A DNA stretch of 49,351 nt, taken from positions 1 to 49,351 of the forward strand of contig JAGAYJ010000033.1 of the NCBI GenBank assembly GCA_017940575.1, given 5' to 3'. The DNA is from Bacilli bacterium. GTDB taxonomy: Bacteria; Bacillota_I; Bacilli_A; RF39; UBA660. Shown piece by piece: positions 1 through 9,166 of the stretch; positions within the stretch are counted from its first letter, which is position 1; every line of letters begins with the position of its first letter. The position numbers and the translations under genes were made by a program. Under the pieces are notes generated by a model, which saw nothing but the letters and a program-made list of their open reading frames with translations, did not search any database and was not told the DNA's origin.

Positions 1-56
1 ATCAAATCCATTTCTAATATAATTATAGTATAGTTTAATTCATTTAGGAGAAAAAT

Positions 57-968
57 ATGAAAAAAATAAAAAATTTATCTATTATATTTATTCTTTTATA
101 CATTATTTTACAAATAATTTTAAACAGTAGCTTAATAAATAAAACCATATTATTTTCATATAATATCTTTATTTATACTATAGTTCCTAATCTATTCCCT
201 TTTTTAATTATTTCACGCTTTTTAATCAATTATGGTTTTGTTGATATTTGTTATAAAATATTTAATCCAATAATGAATAAAATATTTAGAATAAATGGGA
301 ACGCTTCTTTTATTTTTATTATGAGCATGCTTACAGGTTTTCCTAGTAATTCGAAATATACGAAAGAATTATTAGATAATGATCAGATAAGTTCTTTAAC
401 AGGCACAAAGGTACTTATGTTTACTCATTTTTCAAATCCTTTATTTGTAATAGGTACAATTGAAAGCTTTATTAATTTAAAAACAGCTTTAATTATATTA
501 TTTTCACATTATATAGGAAATATAATAATTGGTTTTATATTTAGAAATGCTTATTTGGATAATAAAGAATATATTGTTAAAAGTAAAAAAAGAGATTCAT
601 TTGGACTATGCCTATCAAAAAGTGTTAAGGGATCAATAGATACACTTTTACTAATTTTTGGTACAATGACTATATTTTTAATAATATCTAATTTAATTAA
701 TAATATTCTTAATTTATCATCTGAAAATAATGCTATATTAGCTGGAATATTAGAGTTTACGCAAGGATTAAAATATGTAAGTCTACTTGATGTTGATGTG
801 AAGATTAAAGCTATGTTAATGGGGTCATTTATTTCATTTGGCGGATTAAGTGTTCATGCTCAAATACTTAGTATTATTGGAGAAACTGATATTTTATATA
901 TACCATTTTTAATATCTAGAATACTACATTCTATAATTACATCTTTAATTATATATTTAATTCTATAA
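57..968 (+). CDS. ylbJ: Sporulation integral membrane protein YlbJ (nucleoside recognition/Gate family)
   Basis: Multi-TM protein with 'IVPNLFPF', 'MSMLTGFP', 'FSNPLFVIGT', 'GILEFTQG' and 'SFGGLSVHAQ' motifs typical of YlbJ; AGGAG RBS. Confidence 0.85.
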   Translation: MKKIKNLSIIFILLYIILQIILNSSLINKTILFSYNIFIYTIVPNLFPFLIISRFLINYGFVDICYKIFNPIMNKIFRINGNASFIFIMSMLTGFPSNSKYTKELLDNDQISSLTGTKVLMFTHFSNPLFVIGTIESFINLKTALIILFSHYIGNIIIGFIFRNAYLDNKEYIVKSKKRDSFGLCLSKSVKGSIDTLLLIFGTMTIFLIISNLINNILNLSSENNAILAGILEFTQGLKYVSLLDVDVKIKAMLMGSFISFGGLSVHAQILSIIGETDILYIPFLISRILHSIITSLIIYLIL

Positions 969-990
969 AAAAAGAAAAGACAAATCTTTT

Positions 991-2178
991 CTATTTACAC
1001 ATTTTCTCTCCATTTGCTAAAGTTAAGTTCTTTATATTAGTTCCATTATATGTAACATTAGATAAACTATATTTACATATATATTCTCTAGCCTCAGCAT
1101 ATAAATCAACAGAATTAGCAGCATTTCCATTAAAATCATTAATACTACCATTTTTAACGCCAATATTTGTTGCTTGTCCAACTATATTAGACCAATTATT
1201 TCCAGTTTTATTATATGTTAATCCATTAGGTGCTTGCCCGTTTTCAAATCCTACATAAAAACCTTTTAAAGTTTCTTTAGAAGCTATATTATTAGTTTGA
1301 TACCACCAATAATAATTTCCTGAAGAAAGTGCAGCATCATTATAGTTTAATAATAATGAATAATAACCATCTTGATATGACTGACTTATTTCTCTTTTTT
1401 CTTTAGCAGATAATGAAGCATTAGATGTAATATCATTTATAATACTTTCATGATTTAAAGTCATTTTAAAGGTATGTAGTGATGTTAGAGTTGAAAATGT
1501 ATTTGCATTATTATTTTTAATAAAATTATTATAATCACTACCAAAATAATTGTCTTTTGTCTGTCTAAATAATTTAACAAATATTCCTCTTACATGTGTT
1601 GAATCTTCATCTATAATTGATATATTCGTATTAATTCCACTAAGTGTAACAGGAGTAGATGCTATGTCACTACTTATATTAATGGATGTGTTACTTCTAT
1701 TGTATGTTTTTATTATATTAAAACCAAAATTTTCATTGTCTAATAATTTAGATATAACAGGTATATTAATTGAAATAACTGAGTCATCTCCAGTTGTAAG
1801 TGCGCTTGATGTTTCATCATATTCAACACTTAAATTACCAAAATAACTAGAATTATCAATTTGAAGAGTATAGTCTCCATACTTAATAGTTTTATTTCCA
1901 GGATCAACAAGTAAGTTTTTAACCGTTCCTTCACCATATCTAAATGTTAAACATGAAAGACCACAAGTTGTTATACTCACTAATTCCTTATTATTTAAAT
2001 CATCATATATATATTTTGTCATTATACCTTGTTTATTTAATAGAGTTGTTTTAACATCACCACTCAAATATACTTCCTTAAGTGATAAAACTAGTTGTAA
2101 AAGTACAATTGAAATAGTTGCAACAAGTGTAAATGAAACAGCTACCTCTATTAAAGTAAAACCTTTATTATTCTTCAT
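991..2178 (-). CDS. Prepilin-type N-terminal cleavage/methylation domain protein (large minor pilin)
   Basis: MKNNKG|FTLIEV class III signal peptide with E5, then a hydrophobic helix; AGGAGG RBS. Confidence 0.85.
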   Translation of the reverse strand: MKNNKGFTLIEVAVSFTLVATISIVLLQLVLSLKEVYLSGDVKTTLLNKQGIMTKYIYDDLNNKELVSITTCGLSCLTFRYGEGTVKNLLVDPGNKTIKYGDYTLQIDNSSYFGNLSVEYDETSSALTTGDDSVISINIPVISKLLDNENFGFNIIKTYNRSNTSINISSDIASTPVTLSGINTNISIIDEDSTHVRGIFVKLFRQTKDNYFGSDYNNFIKNNNANTFSTLTSLHTFKMTLNHESIINDITSNASLSAKEKREISQSYQDGYYSLLLNYNDAALSSGNYYWWYQTNNIASKETLKGFYVGFENGQAPNGLTYNKTGNNWSNIVGQATNIGVKNGSINDFNGNAANSVDLYAEAREYICKYSLSNVTYNGTNIKNLTLANGEKMCK

Positions 2179-2190
2179 ATTATCCTCCTA

Positions 2191-2703
2191 TTAGCTTATT
2201 GCTATTACTGCATAAGTATTGTTTTTATATTCTACAATAATTCTTCTTCTTTGATTTATTTCTATTGAATTAATACTAAGTACAAATTTTTTAAATCCTG
2301 TATTAAATACATTTTGATCATAGTTATTGTTCTTTAAATCATTTTGTAAATTACTTATATTATTTCCAACATATAAAATATGACTTGCATCCATTTTTGA
2401 AGTGATTTTTTCGCATATTTTTGTCTCTGTTAAATTCCATGCACCTAATGTACATTTTCCATTTAATAAAACATAGCCTTTTGTTGAACTACTTAAGTTT
2501 TGATCAAGACTGCTATATCCATTTTTACTTATAAAATCAACTAATACTTTACCACTATATAACCCAGGTATTGTATTATATCTAAAACTATTGTCATATG
2601 ATCTTTTAATAGTTGAAAATTGAATGAATAAAAATATAAGTGCCCCTAATATAATTGTTGATGCAATTAAAGTTTCAATCAACATAAAACCTTTATTTTT
2701 CAT
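2191..2703 (-). CDS. Type IV pilin/pseudopilin-like protein
   Basis: MKNKG|FMLIET prepilin motif and hydrophobic helix; one Cys pair. Confidence 0.8.
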   Translation of the reverse strand: MKNKGFMLIETLIASTIILGALIFLFIQFSTIKRSYDNSFRYNTIPGLYSGKVLVDFISKNGYSSLDQNLSSSTKGYVLLNGKCTLGAWNLTETKICEKITSKMDASHILYVGNNISNLQNDLKNNNYDQNVFNTGFKKFVLSINSIEINQRRRIIVEYKNNTYAVIAIS

Positions 2704-2711
2704 ACCTCACC

Positions 2712-3722
2712 TCATTTATATATAATCGTTGTTGTATCAAAGTATTTAATATTTGAATTACACCAATCTAAATCAGGTTCATTTCCAAAACCAAATATTT
2801 CTGTTAAGTCAATAAGCATTACATTATCAATATAAATATTATTTGGTATTGTTGATGTAACTATATTATATTTATAGTTACCTTGTGTTGTTGGTGTAAA
2901 TATAGAACTTATATAATTCCATTTTTTTGCTTCTAATTCATTAAATGATACATTAGCATAATTATTATCTTCATTTAAATATATATTTGTAGATCCTGAT
3001 TCATTTTTATCTAGATATATATATTCACTTGCAAAATAAATGTGATTTGCTTTTAAACTTATAGATTGATATATTGAATTTGAGTCATTATTAATTGGAA
3101 CAAATGCAAGTGAGTTATTTCCACTCTTTTTAAAACTAGTATTTATACTAGACATATTTTGTACGGTATTCCAACTGTTTAATCCATTTTCAAATCCACT
3201 ATTATTAGCTATATTTGTAAGTGTATATGGTGTTAATACAGATAAATCTATTCCGATTCCAACAGAAGCATATGTATCATTATTATAAGCTACTATTAAT
3301 CTATATTCATAATTATTCTTATAATCTGGCAATCTTTTAATAAAACTTTTAAATTTTTTATCAATGTTAATATTAGGCAGTTGATTTTTAAAAGAAGTTA
3401 TATCTTTATTTACAAATAATACTTGTTTTACACCTTCCATATTAATTATTTTACTACATAAAGTAGTAGAATAAGCACAATTCGTTATATCAAGATAGGT
3501 TTTATCATTCATATTTTCTTTTATTGATTCATAACCTGTTTTTTCTAAATATTTGGCAATATTTCCGGCATAATATAAACCTTCTACTGTATTATATCTA
3601 AAACTTATATAATAAGAATTCCTTATTTTTGTAAATTGAACATATAAAAACACTAGTGTTCCTAATACTAAAGTCGACACTATTAATGTTTCAAAAAGCA
3701 TGAAACCAGAATTTTTTTTCAT
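2712..3722 (-). CDS. Type IV pilin-like protein with C-terminal CBM-like (galactose-binding-like) domain
   Basis: MKKNSG|FMLFET prepilin motif; the C-terminal 'NSGFENGLNSW...IYIDNV' resembles CBM4/9-type beta-sandwich domains. Confidence 0.75.
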   Translation of the reverse strand: MKKNSGFMLFETLIVSTLVLGTLVFLYVQFTKIRNSYYISFRYNTVEGLYYAGNIAKYLEKTGYESIKENMNDKTYLDITNCAYSTTLCSKIINMEGVKQVLFVNKDITSFKNQLPNINIDKKFKSFIKRLPDYKNNYEYRLIVAYNNDTYASVGIGIDLSVLTPYTLTNIANNSGFENGLNSWNTVQNMSSINTSFKKSGNNSLAFVPINNDSNSIYQSISLKANHIYFASEYIYLDKNESGSTNIYLNEDNNYANVSFNELEAKKWNYISSIFTPTTQGNYKYNIVTSTIPNNIYIDNVMLIDLTEIFGFGNEPDLDWCNSNIKYFDTTTIIYK

Positions 3723-3740
3723 AAAGTTAACTCCTTTTTA

Positions 3741-3769
3741 TTGTCTTTATCTAAAACTTATTATATAAT
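3741..3769 (+). promoter_or_regulatory. SigA-type promoter for the pilus ATPase
   Basis: TTGTCT-17 bp-TATAAT. Confidence 0.6.
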
Positions 3770-3793
3770 AGATTTAGAATAAATGCTAGTCAA
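3765..3793 (-). promoter_or_regulatory. SigA-type promoter for the pilin operon
   Basis: TTGACT-17 bp-TATTAT on the minus strand. Confidence 0.55.
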
Positions 3794-3826
3794 ATTTAAA
3801 AAAAAGACTAAAGGGGATGGAAAAAA

Positions 3827-5437
3827 ATGTTAAAAAAATACGACTTTGATAAAATGCCTGTTGTTGAGATTGTTAATGATATTCTAGTTGACGCAAGCAA
3901 AAAAGGTGCAAGTGATATTCACTTTGACCCACATGAAGAATTCATGAAAATTAGAATACGTATAGATGGAGCTTTACAAGACTATGCTGAAATTCCAAAT
4001 GCAGTTAAGAAAAACTTAGTAACACGTGTTAAAATTTTAGCTGGTATGAATATAACTGAATCAAGATTACCACAAGATGGTGCTATTAAACAAAACATAC
4101 AAGATGTTTCACTAGACCTTCGTGTATCTTGCTTACCTACTATTAATGGAGAGAAAATAGTTATTCGTATCTTAGACTATTCAATGAGTTCAAGTGGACT
4201 TGAAGCATTAGGATTTAGCGATAAAAACTATGAAAAAATCATGAAAATGATTAACATGCCAAATGGTATTATATTGGTTACTGGTGCTACTGGATCAGGT
4301 AAATCTACTACAGTATACTCTATCCTTCAAAAAATGAACAAAGAAGATATTAATATTATAACTGTTGAGGACCCAATAGAAATGAACATTGAAGGTGTAA
4401 ACCAAGTTCAAACTAATAGTGAAATTGGACTTACTTTTGCAAGTGCACTTAGATCTATCTTACGTCAAGACCCTAACGTTATAATGGTTGGAGAAATTCG
4501 TGATACAGAAACTGCTAAAATTGCCGTTCGTGCATCAATTACTGGACATATTGTTTTATCTACAATCCACACTAATAACTCACTTAATACAATTGAAAGA
4601 CTTTTAGATATGGAAGTTGAAAGATACTTACTATCAAGTGCATTAACTGGTATAATTTCACAAAAATTAGCTCGTAGATTATGTCCTAAATGCAAAAAGA
4701 AAAAAGCAACTAATGACTATGAAAAAGAATTATTTAAAAAAGTACTTCATCAAGATGTAAATGAAATATGGACTGCTGAAGGATGCGAAGAATGTGGAAA
4801 TGGATATTCTGGACGTATTGCTTTACAAGAAGTATTACTTGTTAATCAAGAAATTAAAGATGCAATTAGTTCTAATATGAGAAAAGAAGAATTAAGACAT
4901 TTAGTTTATAGATCTGATGTTACTACTCTACTTCAAGATGGTTTAGAGAAAGTTATGAATGGTGAGACAACATTTGAAGAAGTTTTAAAACTTATTGAAC
5001 TTGATAATGATGATCCAAAAGAAAATGATGACAACTTACAATCAGCTCTTAAGTTTACTAAAATAGCTCAAGAATCTGTAAGTGATGAACCAACATTTAC
5101 AGAAATGCCAAAATATGAAGAAAAAATTGAAGTTAAAGAAGAACCAGTTGTAGCTAAAGAACCTGAGTTAGAAATAAAAGAAGAGCCTAAAAAAACAGCT
5201 GAAGAAGAAATTCATGAAGAACCAGCTAAAGAAGAAAAAATTGAAGAAGAAATAAAAACAACTCAAGTTGAAGATGATTGGTCAATGCCTGAAGTTGAAA
5301 TTAAAGAAGAACCAGTTATAACCAAAGAACCTGAGTTAGAAATAAAAGAAGAACCAGTTGAAGAAAAAAACGATTCAAAAAAATATTCTTATGCTGATAT
5401 AGATGATGATGAAGATTTAATGAATATGGAATTTTAA
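3827..5437 (+). CDS. PilB/GspE/ComGA-family pilus assembly ATPase with acidic C-terminal tail
   Basis: ASDIH, RLPQDG, Walker A GATGSGKST, TVEDPIE, LRQDP..MVGEIRD, His box TGH..STIH, and CxxC..CxxC zinc motif. Confidence 0.92.
   Translation: MLKKYDFDKMPVVEIVNDILVDASKKGASDIHFDPHEEFMKIRIRIDGALQDYAEIPNAVKKNLVTRVKILAGMNITESRLPQDGAIKQNIQDVSLDLRVSCLPTINGEKIVIRILDYSMSSSGLEALGFSDKNYEKIMKMINMPNGIILVTGATGSGKSTTVYSILQKMNKEDINIITVEDPIEMNIEGVNQVQTNSEIGLTFASALRSILRQDPNVIMVGEIRDTETAKIAVRASITGHIVLSTIHTNNSLNTIERLLDMEVERYLLSSALTGIISQKLARRLCPKCKKKKATNDYEKELFKKVLHQDVNEIWTAEGCEECGNGYSGRIALQEVLLVNQEIKDAISSNMRKEELRHLVYRSDVTTLLQDGLEKVMNGETTFEEVLKLIELDNDDPKENDDNLQSALKFTKIAQESVSDEPTFTEMPKYEEKIEVKEEPVVAKEPELEIKEEPKKTAEEEIHEEPAKEEKIEEEIKTTQVEDDWSMPEVEIKEEPVITKEPELEIKEEPVEEKNDSKKYSYADIDDDEDLMNMEF
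5135..5352 (+). repeat. Internal ~50-bp direct repeat (two copies) in the ATPase tail
   Basis: aaagaagaaccagtt(gtagct/ataacc)aaagaacctgagttagaaataaaagaaga at ~5135 and ~5303. Confidence 0.85.
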
Positions 5438-5440
5438 AAG

Positions 5441-5468
5441 AAAGATATCTCAAATTTGAGATATCTTT
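5441..5468. terminator. Probable bidirectional intrinsic terminator
   Basis: Perfect 28-bp palindrome AAAGATATCTCAAATTTGAGATATCTTT just after the ATPase stop, between convergent genes. Confidence 0.75.
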
Positions 5469-5735
5469 TATATTATTTATCATTTATCCTCCTAATTATT
5501 ACATTATTTATCAATAAATATTGACAGTTCGTTAATTTATATATGAGTATATATTATTACTTATAGATATTTAATATACTCACTATATCTTACATTTTAA
5601 TCACCTTCTATTTCATTAAATATATATATTATTTTAAATGTTGTTTTATCTCCTTTCTAATATAAATTATATATTTCCTATATGAAATATTTATGTTTTA
5701 AATGTGAAAAATATATAAAAAGACAAATAAAAGTA

Positions 5736-6665
5736 TTATTTGTCTAAAATAAATAATTCTAAAGCAATATTCTTATTAATTCTACCGCTTTTAATTTTTA
5801 AATCTAAATTGGCAAGTTCATATATTTTTTTTATAAGTATTTTTTCATCATACTTTCTAGCTTTTTCTAAAGCTTTTTCAATTGTATATTTCTTTTGTAA
5901 TAGTATTTTCATCATATCAAAGATACTATTTCTCATACTTGAAAGTTTTTTAACTTGATACATTAGCCTAAATTGATTTGATAACATTACTATTATTTTT
6001 ATAGGTTCTTCTCCCATTTTAATCATTTCATAATAGCTATCTAAAGCATCTTTTTTATTATTTTTTATAATATTATCTATTAAATGAAATATATCAATAT
6101 CTACTGTTTTATGTGTAAGCGTTATTATATCACTACTTGTTATATTATAATCATTATCTTTATATGTTTTAATCTTATTTATCTCATTATTAAGTATACT
6201 AAGATTATTCCCTACTCTATCTATTAAAAGTCTAATATCAGTTTGACTAATATTATAATCACCAAACATCTCTTTAACATTTTTAATAATATCAAAATTA
6301 CTATTAAACTCTATTATTTTTCCATTTTCTTTAACTAATGACACTATTTTTTTTCTATTATCTAGCGATTCAGAATTAACTATAAATACAAGTGTCGTTG
6401 AAGAATTTGGATTGTGTAAGTAATCTTCTAAATATTTAATATCATCTCTTTTTTTAGAACTTCCTGTAAATATAGTACAATTAGATAAGATAATTAATCT
6501 TTGATTTGAGAAAAGCGACATTGATGATGCATCATCGATAATGTTTTTTAGACTGACTTCTTCTAAATCATATTCTGAAATATCATTTATATCAAATTTA
6601 TTTTTAATTTTAGAAAGTTCTTTTTTTATTAAAAAATCCTCTGTCCCATATAATAGATAAATCAT
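5736..6665 (-). CDS. holA: DNA polymerase III subunit delta
   Basis: MIYLLYGTE start, 'SMSLFS..RLII', 'NEINKI', 'DLKIKSG...ALELFIL'. Confidence 0.92.
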   Translation of the reverse strand: MIYLLYGTEDFLIKKELSKIKNKFDINDISEYDLEEVSLKNIIDDASSMSLFSNQRLIILSNCTIFTGSSKKRDDIKYLEDYLHNPNSSTTLVFIVNSESLDNRKKIVSLVKENGKIIEFNSNFDIIKNVKEMFGDYNISQTDIRLLIDRVGNNLSILNNEINKIKTYKDNDYNITSSDIITLTHKTVDIDIFHLIDNIIKNNKKDALDSYYEMIKMGEEPIKIIVMLSNQFRLMYQVKKLSSMRNSIFDMMKILLQKKYTIEKALEKARKYDEKILIKKIYELANLDLKIKSGRINKNIALELFILDK

Positions 6666-6714
6666 ATAATCACCTAATTAATTATATCAAAAAAAAGAAG
6701 ACATTTATAGTCTT

Positions 6715-7017
6715 CTATTTTATTATGAGTAAATTTTTTAATTTATTATAACTATCACTTGTAAATTCATCATAATTAATTGTCGTATCAATCAAGAATG
6801 AATCATCAAATAATAAATCTCCTTTATAAGAACATATAATACTTACATTTTTTTCTTCTCCAATATATTTATATATACCTAATGTAAAATTATTAGTTTT
6901 AATTGAACGATTTATAACAATATCTTTTAAGTTATTTAATGCATTTATATCAAATAACTCATTTGTATCTATAAAAATACTTTTATTATTTGTATTCAAT
7001 GAAATAACATTACTCAT
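6715..7017 (-). CDS. Hypothetical protein
   Basis: 100-aa ORF with AAGGGGG RBS and upstream TATAAT. Confidence 0.6.
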   Translation of the reverse strand: MSNVISLNTNNKSIFIDTNELFDINALNNLKDIVINRSIKTNNFTLGIYKYIGEEKNVSIICSYKGDLLFDDSFLIDTTINYDEFTSDSYNKLKNLLIIK

Positions 7018-7062
7018 AAAATTCCCCCTTCTTATGGGCTATATTATAACATATTTTATAAA

Positions 7063-8460
7063 CTAGTCAACTTTAGCCATTTTAAAATAAAATGTAGTTC
7101 CTTTATTTTTCTTAGATTTAACACCATATTCTAAGTTATGAAGCATAAATATGTGTTTAACTATTGATAAACCAAGTCCTGTTCCAATCGTATTTCTCTT
7201 ATGAAGTTTATCAGTTCTATAATATTTATCCCAAATAAGATCTAATTCATCTTCTTCAATACCTGTTCCATGATCTATTACTTCAACTAAATACTTATTA
7301 TCTTCAAGACTTAATTTTACTATTACTGTTTTATCATCTTTTACATAGTTAGTAGCATTACCTATTAAATTATATATAACTTGTTCTATTTTTCTTTTAT
7401 CAGCAGATACATATGCATTTTTTATACCTTTATATTCAAATTTAAAGTTTTTTGTCTCTTCTAAGTATGAGAATCTATCTACAACTGTTTTAATTAATTC
7501 ATCAAGATCAAATCTTTCAATGTTTAACTCAACTACATTAGATTGCATTTTAGATAACTCTAGTATATCATTTACAAGAAGATTTAATCTATTTGCTTCA
7601 TCAATAATAGTATTTAAGTTACTATCTCTTTTTTCTTTATTATTATATGTTAAATCACGAACCATCTCGGCGTAAGCTTTAATCATTGTTAGTGGTGTTT
7701 TTAAATCATGTGATACATTAGCCATCAACTCACGTCTTAATTCATCTGTTTTAGCAAGCTCAGTATTTGCCATGTTAAGGGTATCTGCAAGTGAATTAAG
7801 TTCAATTATATCTGATTTAGTATCAAATACTATATCATGATTACCACCAGCCATTTTATTTGCTGTATTATTTAACTTAACTATTGGCTTAGATATTCTT
7901 TTTGCTATAAAATAAGCAAGTATAAATGATAATAATAATACAATTATAGTAACATATACTAGCTGTCTAGATAAGATATTAACTGTTGAATTAAGTGGCA
8001 TTAAAGATGCATTAACGATTAAATAGTTTCCATCATTAAGCTTTAATACATAAATAATCATCTTGCCGCCACGATTACTATCTAATTTATATATTTTTTT
8101 ATTTGTATTACTATTTAATAATTCATTTCTATAATAAGAATATGTAGAATCATTTGAAAGAGCCCCCATGCATCCTCTATTATATATACTAGATGAATAT
8201 ACTTGATTATTACTATCAATAATTTCAATACATACACCTTCAGTATAAGTTATAGAATCAAGTGCAGTTTCATAATTTCCTGAATTATATGATTTAGATA
8301 TTTTAGTCGCTATAGACGCTATTTCTTTTGTCTTAACCCATTCATAATATGTATTTAAAAATATTACTTGGAAAAACCATAAAAAACCTAAGATTGCTAC
8401 ACTAAAGATAATTAAAAATTTAAGTATCTTTAGGCGTAGGCTTGATTCTTTAGACTTCAA
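7063..8460 (-). CDS. HAMP-domain sensor histidine kinase
   Basis: Two TM helices, HAMP, H-box SHDLKTPL, N box NLIGNA, G boxes DHGTGI and GTGLGL. Confidence 0.95.
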   Translation of the reverse strand: MKSKESSLRLKILKFLIIFSVAILGFLWFFQVIFLNTYYEWVKTKEIASIATKISKSYNSGNYETALDSITYTEGVCIEIIDSNNQVYSSSIYNRGCMGALSNDSTYSYYRNELLNSNTNKKIYKLDSNRGGKMIIYVLKLNDGNYLIVNASLMPLNSTVNILSRQLVYVTIIVLLLSFILAYFIAKRISKPIVKLNNTANKMAGGNHDIVFDTKSDIIELNSLADTLNMANTELAKTDELRRELMANVSHDLKTPLTMIKAYAEMVRDLTYNNKEKRDSNLNTIIDEANRLNLLVNDILELSKMQSNVVELNIERFDLDELIKTVVDRFSYLEETKNFKFEYKGIKNAYVSADKRKIEQVIYNLIGNATNYVKDDKTVIVKLSLEDNKYLVEVIDHGTGIEEDELDLIWDKYYRTDKLHKRNTIGTGLGLSIVKHIFMLHNLEYGVKSKKNKGTTFYFKMAKVD

Positions 8461-9109
8461 ATTTATATCCTAATGATCTTACAGTTTTAATTAAATCACG
8501 GTATTTTCCAAGATTATTTCTAAGCATTTTAATATGAGTATCTATAGTTCTATCATCACCATAAAAATCATATCCCCAAATATTACTTAATAATTGTTCT
8601 CTTGATAAAGCAATATTTTTATTTTTAACAAAGTATACTAATAAATCATATTCTTTTGGAGTAAGTTTTAACTCAACATCATCTATTTTTACTGAATGAG
8701 CTTTATAATCAATAGTTAAATCTTCATACTTAAATATATCAGTCTCACCATTTTTTCTTTTCATTATAGCCTTTATTCTAGCAATTAATTCTTTAGGTGA
8801 GAATGGTTTTGTTAAATAGTCATCAATTCCTAAATCAAAACCTGTTAATTTATCAAATTCCTCAGATCTAGCCGATAATACAATTATTGGAATATCTTTT
8901 ATCTTTTTTATCTCACGACATGCAGAAAATCCATCAAGTTTTGGCATCATTACATCCATTATAATAAGCTCAATATCATTGTTAAATTTAACAATATCAA
9001 TAGCTTCCATTCCATCTTTGGCCTCAATACATTCATATCCATCATTATTTAAATATTCTTTTATAACATTTCTTATTAATTCCTCATCATCTACAACTAA
9101 AATTTTCAT
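8450..9109 (-). CDS. OmpR/PhoB-family response regulator
   Basis: VVDDE, phosphoacceptor in MDVMMP, KPF, winged helix 'RTIDTHIKMLR'. Confidence 0.95.
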   Translation of the reverse strand: MKILVVDDEELIRNVIKEYLNNDGYECIEAKDGMEAIDIVKFNNDIELIIMDVMMPKLDGFSACREIKKIKDIPIIVLSARSEEFDKLTGFDLGIDDYLTKPFSPKELIARIKAIMKRKNGETDIFKYEDLTIDYKAHSVKIDDVELKLTPKEYDLLVYFVKNKNIALSREQLLSNIWGYDFYGDDRTIDTHIKMLRNNLGKYRDLIKTVRSLGYKFEV

Positions 9110-9147
9110 AAAATCCTCCTTAATTACTTCATATATTATCTGTTATT

Positions 9148-9164
9148 TGTGAATATTATGTGAA
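9148..9164 (-). promoter_or_regulatory. Putative OmpR-family binding site (tandem repeat)
   Basis: TTCACA-N5-TTCACA with 11-bp period, ~40 bp upstream of the response regulator start. Confidence 0.55.
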
Positions 9165-9166
9165 AT

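Noticed and set aside
5135-5352. Repeat as a CRISPR array or DGR template/variable pair
   Set aside because: Only two in-frame coding copies; no cas genes or reverse transcriptase in the window
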